This document shows, one piece after another, positions 59,701-64,000 of a DNA stretch of 64,000 bases. This DNA comes from Chlorobiota bacterium (GTDB lineage Bacteria; Bacteroidota; Ignavibacteria; Kapaibacteriales; UBA2268), in the NCBI GenBank assembly GCA_034670025.1, contig JAXMOE010000001.1, positions 619,099 through 683,098 on the forward strand, given 5' to 3'. A program made the translations under genes and the position numbers. How positions within the stretch are numbered: position 1 is the stretch's first letter; each line of letters opens with the position of its first letter. The notes beneath the pieces were generated by a model. That model was not told the origin of the DNA. It was given only the letters and a program-made list of their open reading frames with translations, and ran no database searches.

Positions 59701-59852
59701 TATACAATAACGACGGCTCTTTAATTTCTCAAATCAATAGTAAATCAAACTCGATTGCTTTAGATTTGAATAATAATCCGAGTGGTATTTATTGGCTAAT
59801 TGTAGAAATTAACGACAAATTATATAAACATAAAATATCTTATTTGAAGTAA
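56703..59852 (+). CDS. Large secreted SBBP-repeat beta-propeller / Ig-like domain protein with T9SS C-terminal sorting domain
   Basis: Repeated GG(N/S/D)GD(E/D)..G blocks (SBBP-type), Ig-like segments (YKVSVVNECPP, GNYKCIVTGKCG), and a C-terminal CTD (GIYWLIVEINDKLYKHKISYLK). Confidence 0.55.
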   Translation: MKYILPYLTLLLFTTNLLFSNINTISNFVENSGQWDEDILFSLNNNGIVTNITSDGIYFDFFKINSNKIIGDVIRMELENSTNFNIKPINKQENNINYFIGNDPDKWVRNVSTYEKIVFENVYSGINLELLNHNNSPRYDFVVEPYADPSQISIIFDGVNSISTDNKKLIINTLNSVIENKNLLAYQIIDGNKQLIPCEFKLINNKISFDLGNYDNSKKLVIDPVVYSSYFGGNGDEKANVVKFIDDKTIVLGGTTTSNDLKTTVGSYNEEYGDRGDGFLTKLRIENSEYIPSFTTFIGSLELDEIIDLEIDNDFILVTGNTRSSDFPMVKAFKSQFGGKSDIFVSSIGLNGDTLLQSSFYGGSGDDVVIEVNKDNNNTYLFGGITNSNNIQVLGGPPNSNYKGDKDILLFSVNSNRSSVSLSAYVGGLRDDILEDMYIDKFTREILITGYTYSSTGSDLDFPNYPKKRFGQGGPYDETLNGNKDAFVIQLLQGAQNYKISTYIGGDGDDIGKGVWLNDKDEIFVIGETYSNKKSLGFPVTIGDNNIRGNADIFIAKFNKLATSFGGVKTQSLGFSRVHQSQGNDIISKFVRPPDGIGLSILLSTNGEFPELTTSNMKQKQNIILSALNTSDGGILESTLFGGSDDDFPTYITYDSFDNYLIAGFTKSSDFETTTNSSQNELSGVSDIVLIRNNKSEMSFLNPQPNQILCVGSVVSVQWSGDKLSSEAGYDIGYMINNNPNTFQSIISDLEAESYNWTIPESLSGEDSITIRVSHSSGAFSQNENFFSVNETAKINSFELMTEDTICIGDSIVFNANSIGTNVEYVLYKDDIEIERSAENVFKINSVNVDDIGTYKVSVVNECPPQSFSENSISVFVSQNTKAGSLPESITKKKGEVLELNTDSKGVELIYEWYKDDSVVPSQKGSTLTLSNLSLNDAGNYKCIVTGKCGIDTSNVSIVNVEDVIGNVKQQLTEIAEVNINSDGTVNIEIKNSTLFNLNLYNNDGSLISQINSKSNSIALDLNNNPSGIYWLIVEINDKLYKHKISYLK

Positions 59853-59892
59853 TGATAGTAAAACAGAAATATTATTAAATTTTATCAGTCTA

Positions 59893-59919
59893 GGGAAGTG
59901 AAAACTTCCCTTTTTTTTT
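59893..59919 (+). terminator. Rho-independent terminator (GGGAAGT-GAAA-ACTTCCC-TTTTTTTTT)
   Basis: Perfect 7-bp stem with a GAAA tetraloop and a T9 run. Confidence 0.75.
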
Positions 59920-59941
59920 GAATAAAATAAATGTGAATATT

Positions 59942-60688
59942 ATGAGTAATAAAAATAAAGTAGTAATTATAACAGGTGCTTCAAGTGGGATTGGTGCTTC
60001 AATAGCTGAAAAATTATCTGAGAATGGATTTGACTTAGTTTTAGCAGCAAGAAGAGAAGAAAAACTTAATGAATTAAATAAAAAACTATCCCATTATGAG
60101 AACAAAATAAAAATAGTTAAAACCGATGTTACAGATGCTAAACAAGTCGAATATTTAGTTAATACAGCTAATAATGAATTTGGTAAAGTTGATGCCTTGA
60201 TAAATAACGCTGGTATTATGCCACTATCATATTTAGAAGAAGGTAGATTGCAAGATTGGGAAAATATGATTGATGTAAACATAAAAGGTGTCCTCTATGG
60301 AATTAATTCAGTTCTGCCAATTATGAAAGAACAAAAGAGAGGTCATATTATAAATATATCATCTGTTGCAGGAAGACAGGTCTTCCCTACTGCTGCTGTT
60401 TATTGCGCAACTAAGTTCGCAGTTAATGCTATTACAGAAGGAATGAGACAAGAGCTTAGCAGCAAGTATAATATTAAAGTTACTGCGATAGAACCAGGGG
60501 CAACACAGACTGAACTACAAGATCATATTCCAAACGATGATATAAAAAATAAGTTTGCTGAAAGAACTAAAACTACTAAAATATTAGAAGCACGTGATAT
60601 TGCAAATGCTGTATATTATGCATTATCTCAACCAGGTCATGTCAATGTCACTGAAATTATGGTACATCCAACGGAAGGACCTAGATAA
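59942..60688 (+). CDS. Short-chain dehydrogenase/reductase family oxidoreductase
   Basis: TGASSGIG, NNAG and YCATKFAV (YxxxK) motifs. Start moved to the ATG at 59942 because the TTG at 59918 lies inside the terminator T-run. Confidence 0.85.
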   Translation: MSNKNKVVIITGASSGIGASIAEKLSENGFDLVLAARREEKLNELNKKLSHYENKIKIVKTDVTDAKQVEYLVNTANNEFGKVDALINNAGIMPLSYLEEGRLQDWENMIDVNIKGVLYGINSVLPIMKEQKRGHIINISSVAGRQVFPTAAVYCATKFAVNAITEGMRQELSSKYNIKVTAIEPGATQTELQDHIPNDDIKNKFAERTKTTKILEARDIANAVYYALSQPGHVNVTEIMVHPTEGPR

Positions 60689-61941
60689 TGATTGAAGTTA
60701 AAATTATATCAATTGGAGATGAATTACTTATAGGTAATACTATAAATACTAACTCTGCTTGGATTAGTAAGAAATTAACTGATATTGGTCTTACAGTAAC
60801 ATCATCCGTAACTATACCAGACGTTGGAGAAAGAATCACTCATTCATTAAATAGTACGAAAGAAAGCATAATTATAACAACAGGCGGACTCGGTCCAACA
60901 AAAGATGATATTACAAAAAAAGTAATCTCCACCTATTTTGATTCAGAATTAGTTACTGATGAAAGACAATTAGAAAGAGTTAAAAGTTATTTTAAGAGTA
61001 AAAATAGACAACTTAAACAAAGCCATTTGGATCAGGCACTAAGACCAATAATCTCAGAATCTCTAGACAATAATGTTGGCACTGCATCTGGAATTTACAC
61101 TGAATTCAAAGATAAGGTGTATATAAATCTACCAGGTGTACCAAGTGAGATGAAGGATATTTTTGAGAATGAAGTAAAGAACAAATTACGTCAATACATC
61201 GAATCTAATTCAAATGACTTTTATAAATATCAAACAATATTCACAACAGGGTTACCAGAATCTGAATTAGCGGAGAGAATTGAACATTTGGATGACGAAT
61301 ATTCGCAAGTGAAATTTGCATATCTTCCCTCTTCCTCAGGTGTTAATGTTAGACTTGGTATATTGAATTCTGAGCTTGATAATAATGAACAAAACCTATT
61401 TGAAACGGTTAAAAGTGAAATAAGTGAACTAATTGGTTCTTATATTATTGAAGAGAACAATAGTCTTTATGAATCAACTGTAGAACTACTTATAAAAATG
61501 AATTCAACTGTGTCTGTTGCTGAATCCTGTACTGGTGGTGGCTTAGGAAAACAATTCACAGATAAATCAGGTAGTTCAGCTTATTTTGAAGGTGGTGTGA
61601 TTACTTACAGTAACAAATCTAAAATGAAATTACTCAACGTAAGTAAGGAAACCTTAGATAATTTTGGAGCTGTAAGTGAACAAACAGCAGAAGAAATGGC
61701 AATAAATTGCCAGCAAATATTCAATACTAATTATTCAATTTCAATCACTGGTATAGCTGGTCCTAATGGTGGAAGTCCAGAAAAGCCAGTAGGAACTATA
61801 TTTATTGCTGTTTATAACGGCAAAAACACTTGCGTAGAAAAATTAAATCTTTCTACAAATAACAGAGAAAGTAATAGAGATTATAGTGTCCAAAAGGCAA
61901 TTTCATTACTATATAGAATAATAAAACAATCAGCACAATGA
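60688..61941 (+). CDS. cinA: CinA-family competence/damage-inducible protein (NMN deamidase domain + MoCF-binding domain)
   Basis: N-terminal MoCF-biosynthesis-like domain (GGLGPTKDDITK) and C-terminal CinA domain (ESCTGG). Confidence 0.85.
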   Translation: MIEVKIISIGDELLIGNTINTNSAWISKKLTDIGLTVTSSVTIPDVGERITHSLNSTKESIIITTGGLGPTKDDITKKVISTYFDSELVTDERQLERVKSYFKSKNRQLKQSHLDQALRPIISESLDNNVGTASGIYTEFKDKVYINLPGVPSEMKDIFENEVKNKLRQYIESNSNDFYKYQTIFTTGLPESELAERIEHLDDEYSQVKFAYLPSSSGVNVRLGILNSELDNNEQNLFETVKSEISELIGSYIIEENNSLYESTVELLIKMNSTVSVAESCTGGGLGKQFTDKSGSSAYFEGGVITYSNKSKMKLLNVSKETLDNFGAVSEQTAEEMAINCQQIFNTNYSISITGIAGPNGGSPEKPVGTIFIAVYNGKNTCVEKLNLSTNNRESNRDYSVQKAISLLYRIIKQSAQ

Positions 61942-62951
61942 AAATATTAGCAATAGAAAGTTCATGTGATGAGACTTCAGTCGCACTTGTGAACAATAAT
62001 GAAGTCATTAATAATGTAATATATACCCAAGATATTCATACGAAATATGGTGGTGTTGTCCCAGAATTAGCTTCGAGAGCTCATATTGACAAAATATCCC
62101 TGCTAACTAAAGAATGTTTAGACTTATCTAAAACTAGTATGAGTGATATAGATGCTATTGCGGTTACTTCTGAACCGGGTTTGATGGGTGCCTTAATAGT
62201 GGGCTCTTCATTTGCTAAAGGTTTAAGCATTAAATATAATATACCGATTATTCCCATTAATCACATTGAAGGTCATATTTATTCTGGCTGTATTGATGAT
62301 ACATCTCTTGAATTCCCATTTATTTCATTAGTAGTAAGTGGCGGCCATACTTCTTTGTTTTTGGTTGAATCTTATTCAGAGTATAGGACAATTGGTATGA
62401 CTAAAGATGATGCTGCCGGTGAAGCATTTGATAAGGTTGCTAAATTAATAGGACTTTCATATCCTGGAGGTCCACTTATTGATAAATATGCTAAATCAGG
62501 AAATCCAGCAAAATATAATTTTCCTCGATCAATGATTAAATCAGATAATTTTGATTTTAGTTTTAGTGGATTAAAAACTTCTGTTAGATATTTTATTCAA
62601 AAGAATTTTGAAATGCCAATAAAAGAAAGTGAAATTCCTGATTTATGTGCTTCTGTTCAACAGGCTATTGTTGATGTTTTAAAAATTAAAACATTCAAAG
62701 CAGCAAAAAAGCATAATATTAAAAACATTGTTGTTGGTGGTGGTGTATCTGCAAATTCACAACTGCGAAATGAATTCAAAAATGAAGAACACGACGGATA
62801 CAAGATTGTATTACCAGAAATGGAATATTGTATTGACAATGCCGCTATGATAGGATTTTTAGCAAGTAAAAAATTAGAGCACAACAAAGAATTAAACAAT
62901 TATTTCAATTTAGAATTTAGAGTAAGCTCTAGACCTAGTAGAGCAATATAA
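61938..62951 (+). CDS. tsaD: tRNA N6-adenosine threonylcarbamoyltransferase TsaD (Kae1/YgjD family)
   Basis: HxEGH metal motif (INHIEGHIY) and SGGV motifs. Confidence 0.9.
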   Translation: MKILAIESSCDETSVALVNNNEVINNVIYTQDIHTKYGGVVPELASRAHIDKISLLTKECLDLSKTSMSDIDAIAVTSEPGLMGALIVGSSFAKGLSIKYNIPIIPINHIEGHIYSGCIDDTSLEFPFISLVVSGGHTSLFLVESYSEYRTIGMTKDDAAGEAFDKVAKLIGLSYPGGPLIDKYAKSGNPAKYNFPRSMIKSDNFDFSFSGLKTSVRYFIQKNFEMPIKESEIPDLCASVQQAIVDVLKIKTFKAAKKHNIKNIVVGGGVSANSQLRNEFKNEEHDGYKIVLPEMEYCIDNAAMIGFLASKKLEHNKELNNYFNLEFRVSSRPSRAI

Positions 62952-62968
62952 ATTAAGGAGATAGTATA

Positions 62969-64000
62969 TGAAAACAATAGAAAATTTAGAGCCAAAATTA
63001 GTTTGGGAGATATTTTATGAAATTACCAAACGTCCACGACCTTCAAAAAAAGAAGAAAAAATAGTAGAATATATAGAAAATTTTGCCAGGGAGCTTAAAT
63101 TAAAAATAAAAAAAGATAAATTAGGTAACTTAGTTGTAATGAAGTCAGCAACTGAAGGATATGAAAATCACCCTGGAGTTTGTATTCAAGCCCACGTCGA
63201 TATGGTAACAGAAAAAAACAGAGGTGTAGATTTTGATTTTGAAAATGATGCAATTCAGACTTATGTTGAAGATGGATGGTTAAAAGCTAAAGGTACAACT
63301 CTTGGTGCAGATAATGGTATTGGCTTAGCTATGGGAATGGCAGTCTTGGCATCTAAAGATATAAAACATCCTCCATTTGAATTGTTGTGCACCTTAGATG
63401 AAGAAACTGGGCTTACTGGTGCTATGGAATTAGGTACTGATTTATTGGATTCAAAAGTATTAATAAATCTTGATACTGAAGATTTTGGTCACTTTACAAT
63501 CGGTTGTGCTGGTGGTATGAACACTAAAGCAAATATAGATTTAGTATATGAAAAACTGGAAGATACACACGTTACTTATGAACTTTATTTAAAGGGTTTC
63601 AAAGGTGGTCATTCTGGCATTGAAATAAACGATGAAAGAGGTAATGCTGCCAAAGTATTAGCCAGATTTGTCATTGAGTTGAATGATAAACTAAATATGA
63701 GACTACATTCTTTTGATAGTGGTGATAAACATAATGCTATTCCAAGAGAAGCTTATGTCAAATTTTCTATCCCTAAAGAGCAAATTAATGAGTTAGAATC
63801 AATTATTAATAATCAGAAAAAAGTTATAGATAATGAATGGAAATTCAAAGAGCCAGCTCTAGACTTTGGAAATTCTAGAATTGATTTTATCGATAAAGCT
63901 ATAACACTTGGTACTCAAGAAGATATTCTAAATGTAATAAATGCAATTCCACATGGTGTCATAAGGTTTACACCTGAAATTCCAGAATTAGTTCAAACTT
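62969..64000 (+). CDS. pepD: Aminoacyl-histidine (Xaa-His) dipeptidase PepD, M20 family, 3'-truncated at window end
   Basis: ATG at 62969 with an AAGGAGA SD. N-terminal PepD-like sequence (HPGVCIQAHVDMV, GTTLGADNGIG). The ORF runs off the window, which explains its absence from the ORF track. Confidence 0.8.

Overview
AT-rich bacterial chromosomal window, roughly one-third GC by eye, densely packed with genes. Three proteins end in a type-IX-secretion (T9SS) C-terminal sorting domain, which points to the FCB group (Bacteroidota, Ignavibacteria or relatives). Against a classical Bacteroidia assignment, several genes carry strong Shine-Dalgarno sites (AAGGAGA before pepD, AAAGAGGA before greA) and the cytochrome c biogenesis genes are System I (ccm). 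Six tRNA genes were identified by hand-folding: Arg-TCG, Leu-CAA, Val-TAC, Asp-GTC, Met/Ile2-CAT and Arg-TCT. About sixty CDS are supported. Housekeeping genes make up most of them: etfAB, uvrA, rseP, dxr, rng, ribBA, greA, yajC, tgt, xerD, trxB, queG, ileS, a dksA/traR-like gene, lspA, rluD, cinA, tsaD and pepD (3'-truncated at the window edge). The more accessory-looking content comprises a lipoprotein plus di-heme cytochrome c peroxidase pair; two tandem paralogous BNR/Asp-box beta-propeller T9SS cargo proteins with matching palindromic terminators; a group II PLP decarboxylase; an S8 protease with a T9SS domain; a FolM-like SDR, LOG and thioredoxin-fusion cluster; a variant System I ccm cluster whose CcmE carries CxxxY; and a Rieske-queG-trxB operon. 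The most concrete new call is an unannotated 54-codon ccmD-like ORF that is translationally coupled between ccmC and ccmE and falls below the 60-aa ORF-track cutoff. There is no CRISPR array, transposase, phage block or recognisable defence island. No computation or database search was possible, so every call rests on motifs read directly from the sequence and on established family knowledge.
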